Positions 1 to 14,300 of a stretch of 64,000 nt of DNA are shown in pieces. Source of the stretch: Antedon mediterranea (taxonomy: Eukaryota; Animalia; Echinodermata); NCBI RefSeq assembly GCF_964355755.1, contig NC_092676.1:13284771-13348770 (forward strand). Reading direction: 5' to 3'. Each line of letters opens with the position of its first letter. Position 1 is the stretch's first letter. The translations under genes and the position numbers were made by a program. A model generated the notes under the pieces. It was not told the DNA's origin, ran no database searches, and saw only the letters and a program-made list of their open reading frames with translations.

Positions 1-228
1 TAAATATACATTGTCCCTTTGAGCATAGAATTTCAAAATTGTTTATCCTATTTTTATGCATAATAAAGCAAACCTTTGGCTGGAACTTATTTTCCTATGA
101 ATTATCCATATATTATCATTATCTGCTACAAGAAATAGTTGTTAACATTTTTAAAATATAATAATTTTGATGCTCATTTTTTATGTAGATTGACATTTAT
201 TTGGTTGACCAATATTGTTTAATCTCAG

Positions 229-730
229 GTGATCATCTAGCAGAAAGAGAAAATCAGAAGCTGCAGCACATTGACATGCTACAAAGTACAATGATTAAAA
301 TCCAGTCTTTAGAAGAGAATCTTGAGCATTTAAGACATGAACTCTCAGTGTCACTTGTGACAAAACAGCATAGTAAGATTGCAGAGACTGGCCACAGAAT
401 AAATCTAAAAGAACAAGAGGTCAAAGACTTGGTCAGTCTTACATTATACACCTTTAAAATTATGTCTAAAACATGCAAATACTATAAAAATTAATGCCAT
501 ATTTCTTTTATATATTTTATATAGAGAACTACTATGAACCAAGAGATTTGAAACTGGACCTCTATGTACAAAAATAGACGAGGTATTTAAAAAAAATAAA
601 TTCCTCGACAGCAGTACCATAGAAAAAGTTTTGTGGGAAATCATGAAGTCACATCTGACGTTTATTTCACCTGAGATCCAGCATGAAGTAACTAGGCCGG
701 TAACTAAGTGGAGAAAAGTTGAGGAATAGT
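229..730 (+). pseudogene. Decayed, probably intron-containing transposase-like gene fragment (Transib/RAG1/Chapaev-like C-terminal region, tentative)
   Basis: Acceptor-like ...aatctcag| at 228, an open coiled-coil-like frame 229-431 (DHLAERENQKLQHIDMLQ...EQEVKDL), donor-like |gtcagt at 432, T-rich acceptor ...tttatatag at ~524. Then GPLCTKIDEVFKKN (from 556) and, after a frameshift in the A-run at ~590-600, RQQYHRKSFVGNH (606-644). Family assignment is from motif memory only. Confidence 0.4.
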
Positions 731-894
731 TTGCTATTTCTCAGTTAATTGTTACAGTATTGCATATTATTATGTACAGTATACTGTATGAATGGTAGTA
801 TTTTTTTTGTGTTATTGCTAGAACAATGATTTTGAAAATATTTAACAAATGGTATATGAATTGTAATTGAATTTAATTTTTTGGAAGCTATTTA

Positions 895-1794
895 ATTTTA
901 ATTTGGTTTATATATATTATTGATTGATAACGGAAATTGATGTTATTTAGTGATTTAGATTGTGATTGCATATATAATACAATACAAATATGAAAGAAAT
1001 ATGCATTTATAATTAAATATCTAATGTCACAGTACTCTATAGCTTCTTTCTATTAATATATTACAGATCTTTGACTAAGACATGCTAGGTAGGCTGCTAG
1101 TCTTTAACCTGCTGATGATGTAGCCTAGCCTATATAGTATAGGCCTAGCTAGGCCTGTAACCTGGCCTACTCTGTACTCCTCTCTCCCAATATGAATGAT
1201 TATTAAAAAAGCTTAGGCCTAGGCTAGGCCTAATTTTTAATTAGGATCAGGAACAAGTAATTAATCAGCTTTATAACAGGTCAACTGTCACTCAGGCCCC
1301 CGAATAGACATGTTTACGTGTTAAAAATAAACAGTTATTTTATTTTAATTTGGTTTATATATTAATAATTATTTATTGATAACGGAAATTTACTGATTTA
1401 GATTGTGATTGCATATCAAAATAATAAATATACAATACAAATATGAAAGAAATATGCATTTATGATTAAATATCTAATGTCACAGTACTCTATAGCTTCT
1501 TTCTATTAATATATTACAGATCTTTGACTAAGACATGCTAGGTAGGCTGCTAGCCTTTAACCTGCTGATGATGTAGCCTAGCCTATTATATAATATAGGC
1601 CTAGCTAGGCTAGGCCTGTAGCCTGGCCTACTCTGTACTCCTCTCCCAATATGAATGATTATTAAAAAAGCTTAGGCCTAGACTAGGCCTAATTTTTAAT
1701 TAGGACCAGGAACAAGTAATTAATCAGCTTTATAACAGGTCAACTGTCACTAAGGCCCTCCGAATATACATGTTTACGTGTTAAAAATAAACAG
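895..1794. repeat. Diverged tandem duplication, two copies of ~450 bp
   Basis: ~895-1334 and ~1342-1794 share long blocks (e.g. tatctaatgtcacagtactctatagcttctttctattaatatattacagatctttgactaagacatgctagg), and both end in catgtttacgtgttaaaaataaacag. Confidence 0.92.
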
Positions 1795-2327
1795 CCATTA
1801 GTGTTACACAGCTGGTTTTAACCACGCAAGGGAGCCTGGGCATAGCCTATTATAAGCTAGCATAGGAAAAAATCCAGCCAGGCAATATGAATACGATCCT
1901 TGTTAAAACATTCAAGGATAACTAAAGTATCCAACTAAATCAAAGAATTCAACAGAAAAAATTATTTTTAAACTGATATGGAAAACAACATTTATACCTA
2001 CTTTTTTAAATGTATCGCTTGAGAAAAAAACTGGCGTTGGGTGTACATTTTTCAATTACATTACCTCTTAAAATCCACGTGATAAAACGACGACAACATG
2101 TTTTTCACCTTCATCCAGGGTTGTTCTAATGAATATTCATTATTTTTCTGACTTTCGCGGTCTTTATTTGTTTTTATTGGCTATTAAAAAACAGTCGTTT
2201 TATGCTTGATTGCTTCCGGGTTTCCTCATGTGGTTTGTATACAATATGTTTTCGGAATCGCTACTCCATAAAACGCTATGAAACGTTGGGGGCGCTGCAC
2301 TTAATTCATATTTCTGGAACAGCTGTG

Positions 2328-5300
2328 TTCACACAAAAACATCAAATTGCACAAAATAGCTTAATATCGTGTTTGAAAACGTTTTAGACCATTTTGAGCA
2401 TGTCGATAAAACTTTTCACACAAAAACATAAAAGTGAACAGAATATCTTCAAATCGCATTTAGAGATGTTTTAGACCATTTTGTGCGTTTCGATAAAACT
2501 TTTCACACAAAAACATCAAATTGCACAAAATAGCTTAATATCGTGTTTGAAAACGTTTTAGACCATTTTGAGCATGTCGATACAACTTTTCACACAAAAA
2601 CATAAAAGTGCACAGAATAGCTTCAAATCGCATTTGGAGACGTTTTAGACCATTTTGTGCATTTCGAAAAAACTTTTTAACATAAAAACACCAAAGTGCT
2701 TAGAATAGCTTCAAATCGCATTTGGAGACGTTTTAGACCATTTTGTGCATATCGATGAAACTTGGTTACACAAAAACATCAAAGTGCTTAAAATCACATT
2801 TGAAACCGTTTTAGAGCATTTTGAGCATTTCGATAAAACTTTTCACACAAAAACATCAAAGTGTACAAAATAGCTTCAAATCACATTTGAAACCGTTTTA
2901 GACCATTTTGAGCATTTTGATAAAACTTTTCACACAAAAACATCAAAGTGTACAAAATAGCTTCAAATCGCATTTGGAGACGTTTTAGACCATTTTGTGC
3001 ATTTCGATGAAACTTGGTTCACATCAAAGTGCTTAAAATTACATTTGAAAGCGTTTTAGAGCATTTTGAGCATTTCGATAATACTTTTCACACAAAAACA
3101 TCAAAGTGTACAAAATAGCTTCAAATCGCATTTGGAGACGTTTTAGACCATTTTGTGCATTTCGATGAAACTTGGTTACACAAAAACATCAAAGTGCTTA
3201 AAATCACATTTGAAACCGTTTTAGACCATTTTGAGCGTTTCGATAAAACTTTTCACACAAAAACATCAAAGTGCACAAAATAGCTTCAAATCGCATTTGG
3301 AGACGTTTTAGACTATTTTGTGCATTTCGAAAAAATTTGTTAACATAAAAAGACCAAAGTGTTTAGAATATCTCCAAATCGCATTTGGAGACGTTTAAAA
3401 CCATTTTGTGCATTTCGATGGAACTTGGTTACACAAAAACATCAAAGTGCTTAAAATCACATTTAAAACCGTTTTAGAGCATTTTGAGCATTTCGATAAA
3501 ACTTTTCACACAAAAACATCAAAGTGTACAAAATAGCTTCAAATCGCATTTAGAGAGGTTTTAGACCATTTTGTGCATTTCGATAAAACTTTTCACACAA
3601 AAACATCAAAGAGTACAAAATAGCTTCAAATCGCATTTAGAGACGTTTTAGACCATTTTGTGCATTTTGATAAAACTTTTCACACAAAAACATCAAATTG
3701 CACAAAATAGCTTAATATCGTGTTTGAAAACGTTTTAAACCATTTGAGCATGTCGATAAAACTTTTCACACAAAAATATCAAAATGCCCAGAATATCTTC
3801 AAATCGCATTTAGAGACGTTTTAGACCATTTTGTGCATTTCGAAAAAATTTGTTAACATAAAAAGACCAAAGTGTTTAGATTATCTCCAAATCGCATTTG
3901 GAGAGGTTTTAGACCATTTTGTGTTTTTCGAAAAAACTTTTCACACAAAAACATCAAAGTGTACAAAATTGCTTCAAATCGCATTTAGAGAGGTTTTAGA
4001 CCATTTTGTGCATTTCGATAAAACTTTTCACACAAAAACATCAAAGTGCACAGAATATCTTAATACCGTGTCTGAAATCGTTTTAAACCATTTTGAGCAT
4101 GTCGATAAAACTTTTCACACAAAAACATCAAAGTGCACAGAATATCTTCAAATCGCATTTAGAGACGTTTTAGACCATTTTGTGCATTTCGAAAAAATTT
4201 GTTAACATAAAAAGACCAAAGTGTTTAGAATATCTCCAAATCGCATTTGGAGACGTTTTAGACCATTTTGTGCATTTCGATGAAACTTGGTTACACAAAA
4301 ACATCAAGGTGCTTAAAATCACATTTGAAACCGTTTTAGAGCATTTTGAGCATTTCGATAAAACTTTTCACACAAAAACATCAAAGTGTACAAAATAGCT
4401 TCAAATCACATTTGAAACCGTTTTAGACCATTTTGAGCATTTCGATAAAACTTTTCACACAAAAACATCAAAGTGTACAAAATAGCTTCAAATCGCATTT
4501 AGAGACGTTTTAGACCATTTTGTGCATTTCGATGAAACTTGGTTACACAAAAACATCAAAGTGCTTAAAATCACATTTAAAACCGTTTTAGAGCATTTTG
4601 AGCATTTCGATAAAACTTTTCACACAAAAACATCAAAGTGTACAAAATAGCTTCAAATCGTATTTGGAGACGTTTTAGACCATTTTGTGCGTTTCGATGA
4701 ATCTTGGTTACACAAAAACATCAAAGTGCTTAAAATCACATTTAAAACCGTTTTAGTGCATTTTGAGCATTTCGATAAAACTTTTCACACAAAAACATCA
4801 AATTGCACAAAATAGCTTAATATCGTGTTTGAAAACGTTTTAGACCATTTTGAGCATGTCGATAAAACTTTTCACACAAAAACATAAAAGTGAACAGAAT
4901 AGCTTCAAATTGCATTTGGAGACGTTTTAGAGCATTTTGTGCATTTCGATAAAATGTGTTAACATAAAAAGACCAAAGTGTTTAGAATATCTTCAAATCA
5001 CATTTGGAGACGTTTTAGACCATTTTTTGCATTTCGATGAAACTTGGTTACACAAAAACATCAAAGTGCTTAAAATCACATTTAAAACCGTTTTAGAGCA
5101 TTTTGAGCATTTCGATAAAACTTTTCACACAAAAACATCAAAGTGTACAAAATAGCTTCAAATCGCATTTAGAGAGGTTTTAGACCATTTTGTGCATTTC
5201 GATAAAACTTTTCACACAAAAACATCAAAGTGTACAAAATAACTTCAAATCGTATTTAGAGACGTTTTAGACCATTTTGTGCATTTTGATAAAACTTTTC

Positions 5301-8300
5301 ACACAAAAACATCAAATTGCACAAAATAGCTTAATATCGTGTTTGAAAACGTTTTAAACCATTTTGAGCATGTCGATAAAACTTTTCACACAAAAATATC
5401 AAAGTGCACAGAATATCTTCAAATCGCATTTAGAGACGTTTTAGACCATTTTGTGCATTTCGAAAAAATTTGTTAACATAAAAAGACCAAAGTGTTTAGA
5501 ATATCTCCAAATCGCATTTGGAGACGTTTTAGACCATTTTGTGTTTTTCGAAAAAACTTTTCACACAAAAACATCAAAGTGTACAAAATTGCTTCAAATC
5601 GCATTTGGAGACGTTTTAGACCATTTTGTGATTTTCGAAAAACTTTTCACACAAAAACATCAAAGTGTAGAAAATTGCTTCAAATCGCAAAAAAAATGTT
5701 TTGAGAGATGTTTTAGAACAATTTTGTGCATTTAGAAAAAATTTGTTAACATAAAAAGACCAAAGTGTTTAGAATATCTCCAAATCGCATTTGGAGACGT
5801 TTTAGACCATTTTGTGCATTTCGATGACACTTGGTTACACAAAAACATCAAAGTGCTTAAAATCACATTTAAAACCGTTTTAGAGCGTTTTGAGCATTTC
5901 GATAAACTTTTCAAACAAAAACATCAAAGTGTACAAAATAGCTTCAAATCGTATTTGGAGACGTTTTAGACCATTTTGTGCGTTTCGATGAATCTTGGTT
6001 ACACAAAAACATCAAAGTGCTTAAAATCACATTTAAAACCGTTTTAGTGCATTTTGAGCATTTCGATAAAACTTTTCACACAAAAACATCAAATTGCACA
6101 AAATAGCTTAATATCGTGTTTGAAAACGTTTTAGACCATTTTGAGCATGTTGATAAAACTTTTCACACAAAAACATCAAAGTGTACAAAATAACTTCAAA
6201 TCGTATTTAGAGACGTTTTAGACCATTTTGTGCATTTTGATAAAACTTTTCACACAAAAACATCAAATTGCACAAAATAGCTTAATATCGTGTTTGAAAA
6301 CGTTTTAAACCATTTTGAGCATGTCGATAAAACTTTTCACACAAAAATATCAAAGTGCACAGAATATCTTCAAATCGCATTTAGAGACGTTTTAGACCAT
6401 TTTGTGCATTTCGAAAAAATTTGTTAACATAAAAAGACCAAAGTGTTTAGAATATCTCCAAATCGCATTTGGAGACGTTTTAGACCATTTTGTGTTTTTC
6501 GAAAAAACTTTTCACACAAAAACATCAAAGTGTACAAAATTGCTTCAAATCGCATTTGGAGACGTTTTAGACCATTTTGTGATTTTCGAAAAACTTTTCA
6601 CACAAAAACATCAAAGTGTAGAAAATTGCTTCAAATCGCAAAAAAAATGTTTTGAGAGATGTTTTAGAACAATTTTGTGCATTTAGAAAAAATTTGTTAA
6701 CATAAAAAGACCAAAGTGTTTAGAATATCTCCAAATCGCATTTGGAGACGTTTTAGACCATTTTGTGCATTTCGATGACACTTGGTTACACAAAAACATC
6801 AAAGTGCTTAAAATCACATTTAAAACCGTTTTAGAGCGTTTTGAGCATTTCGATAAACTTTTCAAACAAAAACATCAAAGTGTACAAAATAGCTTCAAAT
6901 CGTATTTGGAGACGTTTTAGACCATTTTGTGCGTTTCGATGAATCTTGGTTACACAAAAACATCAAAGTGCTTAAAATCACATTTAAAACCGTTTTAGTG
7001 CATTTTGAGCATTTCGATAAAACTTTTCACACAAAAACATCAAATTGCACAAAATAGCTTAATATCGTGTTTGAAAACGTTTTAGACCATTTTGAGCATG
7101 TCGATAAAACTTTTCACACAAAAACATAAAAGTGAACAGAATATCTTCAAATCGCATTTAGAGATGTTTTAGACCATTTTGTGCGTTTCGATAAAACTTT
7201 TCACACAAAAACATCAAATTGCACAAAATAGCTTAATATCGTGTTTGAAAACGTTTTAGACCATTTTGAGCATGTCGATAAAACTTTTCACACAAAAACA
7301 TAAAAGTGCACAGAATAGCTTCAAATCGCATTTGGAGACGTTTTAGACCATTTTGTGCATTTCGAAAAAACTTTTTAACATAAAAACACCAAAGTGCTTA
7401 GAATAGCTTCAAATCGCATTTGGAGACGTTTTAGACCATTTTGTGCATATCGATGAAACTTGGTTACACAAAAACATCAAAGTGCTTAAAATCACATTTG
7501 AAACCGTTTTAGAGCATTTTGAGCATTTCGATAAAACTTTTCACACAAAAACATCAAAGTGTACAAAATAGCTTCAAATCACATTTGAAACCGTTTTAGA
7601 CCATTTTGAGCATTTCGATAAAACTTTTAACACAAAAACATCAAAGTGTACAAAATAGCTTCAAATCGCATTTGGAGACGTTTTAGACCATTTTGTGCAT
7701 TTCGATGAAACTTGGTTCACATCAAAGTGCTTAAAATTACATTTGAAAGCGTTTTAGAGCATTTTGAGCATTTCGATAATACTTTTCACACAAAAACATC
7801 AAAGTGTACAAAATAGCTTCAAATCGCATTTGGAGACGTTTTAGACCATTTTGTGCATTTCGATGAAACTTGGTTACACAAAAACATCAAAGTGCTTAAA
7901 ATCACATTTGAAACCGTTTTAGACCATTTTGAGCGTTTCGATAAAACTTTTCACACAAAAACATCAAAGTGCACAAAATAGCTTCAAATCGCATTTGGAG
8001 ACGTTTTAGACTATTTTGTGCATTTCGAAAAAATTTGTTAACATAAAAAGACCAAAGTGTTTAGAATATCTCCAAATCGCATTTGGAGACGTTTAAAACC
8101 ATTTTGTGCATTTCGATGGAACTTGGTTACACAAAAACATCAAAGTGCTTAAAATCACATTTAAAACCGTTTTAGAGCATTTTGAGCATTTCGATAAAAC
8201 TTTTCACACAAAAACATCAAAGTGTACAAAATAGCTTCAAATCGCATTTAGAGAGGTTTTAGACCATTTTGTGCATTTCGTTAAAACTTTTCACACAAAA

Positions 8301-11300
8301 ACATCAAAGAGTACAAAATAGCTTCAAATCGCATTTAGAGACGTTTTAGACCATTTTGTGCATTTTGATAAAACTTTTCACACAAAAACATCAAATTGCA
8401 CAAAATAGCTTAATATCGTGTTTGAAAACGTTTTAAACCATTTGAGCATGTCGATAAAACTTTTCACACAAAAATATCAAAATGCCCAGAATATCTTCAA
8501 ATCGCATTTAGAGACGTTTTAGACCATTTTGTGCATTTCGAAAAAATTTGTTAACATAAAAAGACCAAAGTGTTTAGATTATCTCCAAATCGCATTTGGA
8601 GAGGTTTTAGACCATTTTGTGTTTTTTCGAAAAAACTTTTCACACAAAAACATCAAAGTGTACAAAATTGCTTCAAATCGCATTTAGAGAGGTTTTAGAC
8701 CATTTTGTGCATTTCGATGAAACTTGGTTACACATAAACATCAAAGTGCTTAAAATCACATTTGAAACCGTTTTAGACCATTTTGAGCATTTCGATAAAA
8801 CTTTTAACACAAAAAAATCAAAGTGCACAAAATAGCTTCAAATCGCATTTGGAGACGTTTTAGACTATTTTGTGCATTTCGAAAAAATCTGTTAACATAA
8901 AAATACCAAAGTGTTTAGAATATCTCCAAATCGCATTTGGAGACGTTTTAAACCATTTTGTGCATTTCGATGGAACTTGGTTACACAAAAACATCAAAGT
9001 GCTTAAAATCACATTTAAAACCGTTTTAGAGCATTTTGAGCATTTCGATAAAACTTTTCACACAAAAACATCAAAGTGTACAAAATAGCTTCAAATCGCA
9101 TTTAGAGAGGTTTTAGACCATTTTGTGCATTTCGATAAAACTTTTCACACAAAAACATCAAAGTGTACAAAATAACTTCAAATCGTATTTAGAGACGTTT
9201 TAGACCATTTTGTGCATTTTGATAAAACTTTTCACACAAAAACATCAAATTGCACAAAATAGCTTAATATCGTGTTTGAAAACGTTTTAAACCATTTTGA
9301 GCATGTCGATAAAACTTTTCACACAAAAATATCAAAGTGCACAGAATATCTTCAAATCGCATTTAGAGACGTTTTAGACCATTTTGTGCATTTCGAAAAA
9401 ATTTGTTAACATAAAAAGACCAAAGTGTTTAGAAAATCTCCAAATCGCATTTGGAGACGTTTTAGACCATTTTGTGTTTTTCGAAAAAACTTTTCACACA
9501 AAAACATCAAAGTGTACAAAATTCCTTCAAATCGCATTTGGAGACGTTTTAGACCATTTTGTGATTTTCGAAAAACTTTTCACACAAAAACATCAAAGTG
9601 TAGAAAATTGCTTCAAATCGCATTTAGAGATGTTTTAGACCATTTTGTGCGTTTCGATAAAACTTTTCACACAAAAACATCAAATTGCACCAAATAGCTT
9701 CAAATCGCATTTGGAGACGTTTTAGACCATTTTGTGCATTTCGAAAAAACTTTTTAACATAAAAACACCAAAGTGCTTAGAATAGCTTCAAATCACATTT
9801 GGAGACGTTTTAGACCATTTTGTGCATTTCGATGAAACTTGGTTACACAAAAACATCAAAGTGCTTAAAATCACATTTGAAACCGTTTTAGAGCATTTTG
9901 AGCATTTCGATAAAACTTTTCACACAAAAACATCAAAGTGTACAAAATAGCTTCAAATCACATTTGAAACCGTTTTAGACCATTTTGAGCATTTCGATAA
10001 AACTTTTCACACAAAAACATCAAAGTGTACAAAATAGCTTCAAATCGCATTTGGAGACGTTTTAGACCATTTTGTGCATTTCGATGAAACTTGGTTACAC
10101 AAAAACATCAAAGTGCTTAAAATTACATTTGAAAGCGTTTTAGAGCATTTTGAGCATTTCGATAATACTTTTCACACAAAAACATCAAAGTGTACAAAAT
10201 AGCTTCAAATCGCATTTGGAGACGTTTTAGACCATTTTGTGCATTTCGATGAAACTTGGTTACACAAAAACATCAAAGTGCTTAAAATCACATTTGAAAC
10301 CGTTTTAGACCATTTTGAGCGTTTCGATAAAACTTTTCACACAAATAAATCAGAGTGCACAAAATAGCTTCAAATCGCATTTGGAGACGTTTTAGACTAT
10401 TTTGTGCATTTCGAAAAAATTTGTTAACATAAAAAGACCAAAGTGTTTAGAATATCTCCAAATCGCATTTGGAGACGTTTTAAACCATTTTGTGCATTTC
10501 GATGGAACTTGGTTACACAAAAACATCAAAGTGCTTAAAATCACATTTAAAACCGTTTTATTGCATTTTGAGCATTTCGATAAAAATTTTCACATAAAAA
10601 CATCAAAGTGTACAAAATAGCTTCAAATCGCATTTAGAGAGGTTTTAGACCATTTTGTGCATTTCGATAAAACTTTTCACACAAAAACATCAAAGTGTAC
10701 AAAATAGCTTCAAATCGCATTTAGAGACGTTTTAGACCATTTTGTGCATTTCGATAAAACTTTTCACACAAAAACATCAAATTGCACAAAATAGCTTAAT
10801 ACCGTGTTTGAAATCGTTTTAAACCATTTTGAGCATGTCGATAAAACTTTTCACAAAAAAACATCAAAGTGCACAGAATAGCTTCAAATCGCATTTGGAG
10901 ACGTTTTAAACCATTTTGTGCATTTCGATAAAACTTTTCACATAAAAACAACAAAGTGTACAAAATAGCTTCAAATCGCATTTAGAGACGTTTTAGACCA
11001 TTTTGGGCATTTCGATGAAACTTGGTTACACAAATACATAAAAGTGCTTAAAATCACATTTCAAACCGTTTTAGAGCATTTTGAGCATTTCGATAAAACT
11101 TTTCACACAAAAACATCAAAGTGCACAAAATAGCTTCAAATCGCATTTAGAGATGTTTTAGACCATTTTGTGCAATTCGATAAAACTTTTCACACAAAAA
11201 CATCAAATTGCACAAAATAGCTTAATATCGTGTTTGAAAACGTTTTAGACCATTTTGAGCATGTCGATAAAACTTTTCAAACAAAAACATAAAAGCGAAC

Positions 11301-14300
11301 AGAATAGCTTCAAATTGCATTTGGAGACGTTTTAGAGCATTTTGTGCATTTCGATAAAATGTGTTAACATAAAAAGACCAAAGTGTTTAGAATATCTTCA
11401 AATCACATTTGGAGACGTACTTTAGACCATTTTTTGCATTTCGATGAAACTTGGTTACACAAAAACATCAAAGTGCTTAAAATCACATTTAAAACCGTTT
11501 TAGAGCATTTTGAACATTTCGATAAAACTTTTCACACAAAAACATCAAAGTGTACAAAATAGCTTCAAATCGCATTTAGAGTGGTTTTAGACCATTTTGT
11601 GCATTTCGATAAAACTTTTCACACAAAAACATCAAAGTGTACAAAATAACTTCAAATCGTATTTAGAGACGTTTTAGACCATTTTGTGCATTTTGATAAA
11701 ACTTTTCACACAAAAACATCAAATTGCACAAAATAGCTTAATATCGTGTTTGAAAACGTTTTAAACCATTTTGAGCATGTCGATAAAACTTTTCACACAA
11801 AAATATCAAAGTGCACAGAATATCTTCAAATCGCATTTAGAGACGTTTTAGATCATTTTGTGCATTTCGAAAAAATTTGTTAACATAAAAAGACCAAAGT
11901 GTTTAGAATATCTCCAAATCGCATTTGGAGACGTTTTAGACCATTTTGTGCTTTTCGATGACACTTGGTTACACAAAAACATCAAAGTGCTTAAAATCAC
12001 ATTTAAAACCATTTTAGAGCGTTTTGAGCATTTCGATAAACTTTTCAAACAAAAACATCAAAGTGTACAAAATAGCTTCAAATCGTATTTGGAGACGTTT
12101 TAGACCATTTTGTGCGTTTCGATGAATCTTGGTTACACAAAAACATCAAAGTGCTTAAAATAACATTTAAAACCGTTTTAGTGCATTTTGAGCATTTCGA
12201 TAAAACTTTTCACACAAAAACATCAAATTGCACAAAATAGCTTAATATCGTGTTTGAAAACGTTTTAGACCATTTTGAGCATGTCGATAAAACTTTTCAC
12301 ACAAAAACATAAAAGTGAACAGAATATCTTCAAATCGCATTTAGAGATGTTTTAGACCATTTTGTGCGTTTCGATAAAACTTTTCACACAAAAACATCAA
12401 ATTGCACAAAATAGCTTAATATCGTGTTTGAAAACGTTTTAGACCATTTTGAGCATGTCGATAAAACTTTTCACACAAAAACATAAAAGTGCACAGAATA
12501 GCTTCAAATCGCATTTGGAGACGTTTTAGACCATTTTGTGCATTTCGAAAAAACTTTTTAACATAAAAAGACCAAAGTGTTTAGAATATCTCCAAATCGC
12601 ATTTGGAGACGTTTTAGACCATTTTGTGCATTTCAATGAAACTTGGTTACACAAAAACATCAAAGTGCTTAAAATCACATTTGAAACCGTTTTAGAGCAT
12701 TTTTAGCATTTCGATAATACTTTTCACACAAAAACATCAAAGTGTACAAAATAGCTTCAAATCGCATTTGGAGACGTTTTAGACCATTTTGTGCATTTCG
12801 ATGAAACTTGGTTACACAAAAACATCAAAGTGCTTAAAATCACATTTGAAACCGTTTTAGACCATTTTGAGCATTTCGATAAAACTTTTCACACAAAAAA
12901 ATCAAAGTGCACAAAATAGCTTCAAATCGCATTTGGAGATGTTTTAGACCATTTTGTGCATTTCGATGAAACTTGGTTACACAAAAACATCAAAGTGCTT
13001 AAAATCACATTTGAAACCGTTTTAGAGCATTTTTAGCATTTCGATAATACTTTTCACACAAAAACATCAAAGTGTACAAAATAGCTTCAAATCGCATTTG
13101 GAGACGTTTTAGACCATTTTGTGCTTTTCGATGAAACTTGGTTACACAAAAACATCAAAGTGCTTAAAATCACATTTGAAACCGTTTTAGACCATTTTGA
13201 GCATTTCGATAAAACTTTTCACACAAAAAAATCAAAGTGCACAAAATAGCTTCAAATCGCATTTGGAGACGTTTTAGACTATTTTGTGCATTTCGAAAAA
13301 ATCTGTTAACATAAAAAGACCAAAGTGTTTAGAATATCTCCAAATCGCATTTGGAGACGTTTTAAACCATTTTGTGCATTTCGATGGAACTTGGTTACAC
13401 AAAAACATCAAAGTGCTTAAAATCACATTTAAAACCGTTTTAGAGCATTTTGAGCATTTCGATAAAACTTTTCACACAAAAACATCAAAGTGTACAAAAT
13501 AGCTTCAAATCGCATTTAGAGAGGTTTTAGACCATTTTGTGCATTTCGATAAAACTTTTCACACAAAAACATCAAAGTGTACAAAATAGCTTCAAATCGC
13601 ATTTGGAGACGTTTTAGACCATTTTGTGCATTTCGATGAAACTTGGTTCACATCAAAGTGCTTAAAATTACATTTGAAAGCGTTTTAGAGCATTTTGAGC
13701 ATTTCGATAATACTTTTCATACAAAAACATCAAAGTGTACAAAATAGCTTCAAATCGCATTTGGAGACGTTTTAGACCATTTTGTGCATTTCGATGAAAC
13801 TTGGTTACACAAAAACATCAAAGTGCTTAAAATCACATTTGAAACCGTTTTAGACCATTTTGAGCATTTCGATAATACTTTTCATACAAAAACATCAAAG
13901 TGTACAAAATAGCTTCAAATCGCATTTAGAGACGTTTTAGACCATTTTGGGCATTTCGATGAAACTTGGTTACACAAATACATAAAAGTTCTTAAAATCA
14001 CATTTCAAACCGTTTTAGAGCATTTTGAGCATTTCGATAAAACTTTTCACACAAAAACATCAAAGTGCACAAAATAGCTTCAAATCACATTTAGAGATGT
14101 TTTAGACCATTTTGTGCAATTCGATAAAACTTTTCACACAAAAACATCAAATTGCACAAAATAGCTTAATATCGGGTTTGAAAACGTTTTAGACCATTTT
14201 GAGCATGTCGATAAAACTTTTCAAACAAAAACATAAAAGTGAACAGAATAGCTTCAAATTTCATTTGGAGACGTTTTAGAGCATTTTGTGCATTTCGATA

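Larger units (their letters stand above)
1..2327 (+). mobile_element. Putative right-hand part of a CAC-terminated DNA transposon abutting the satellite
   Basis: Unique sequence ends sharply in ...ggaacagctgtg (2327), i.e. 5'-CACAGCTGTTCC on the minus strand, and is immediately followed by satellite. A transposase-like remnant lies upstream. The left end and TSD are outside the window. Confidence 0.35.

Noticed and set aside
2290-2345. V(D)J RSS: CACAG heptamer-like end plus ACAAAAAC nonamer-like word in the satellite
   Set aside because: The heptamer-like end faces away from the satellite and has no nonamer at 12 or 23 bp. ACAAAAAC is an expected word in an A-tract satellite.
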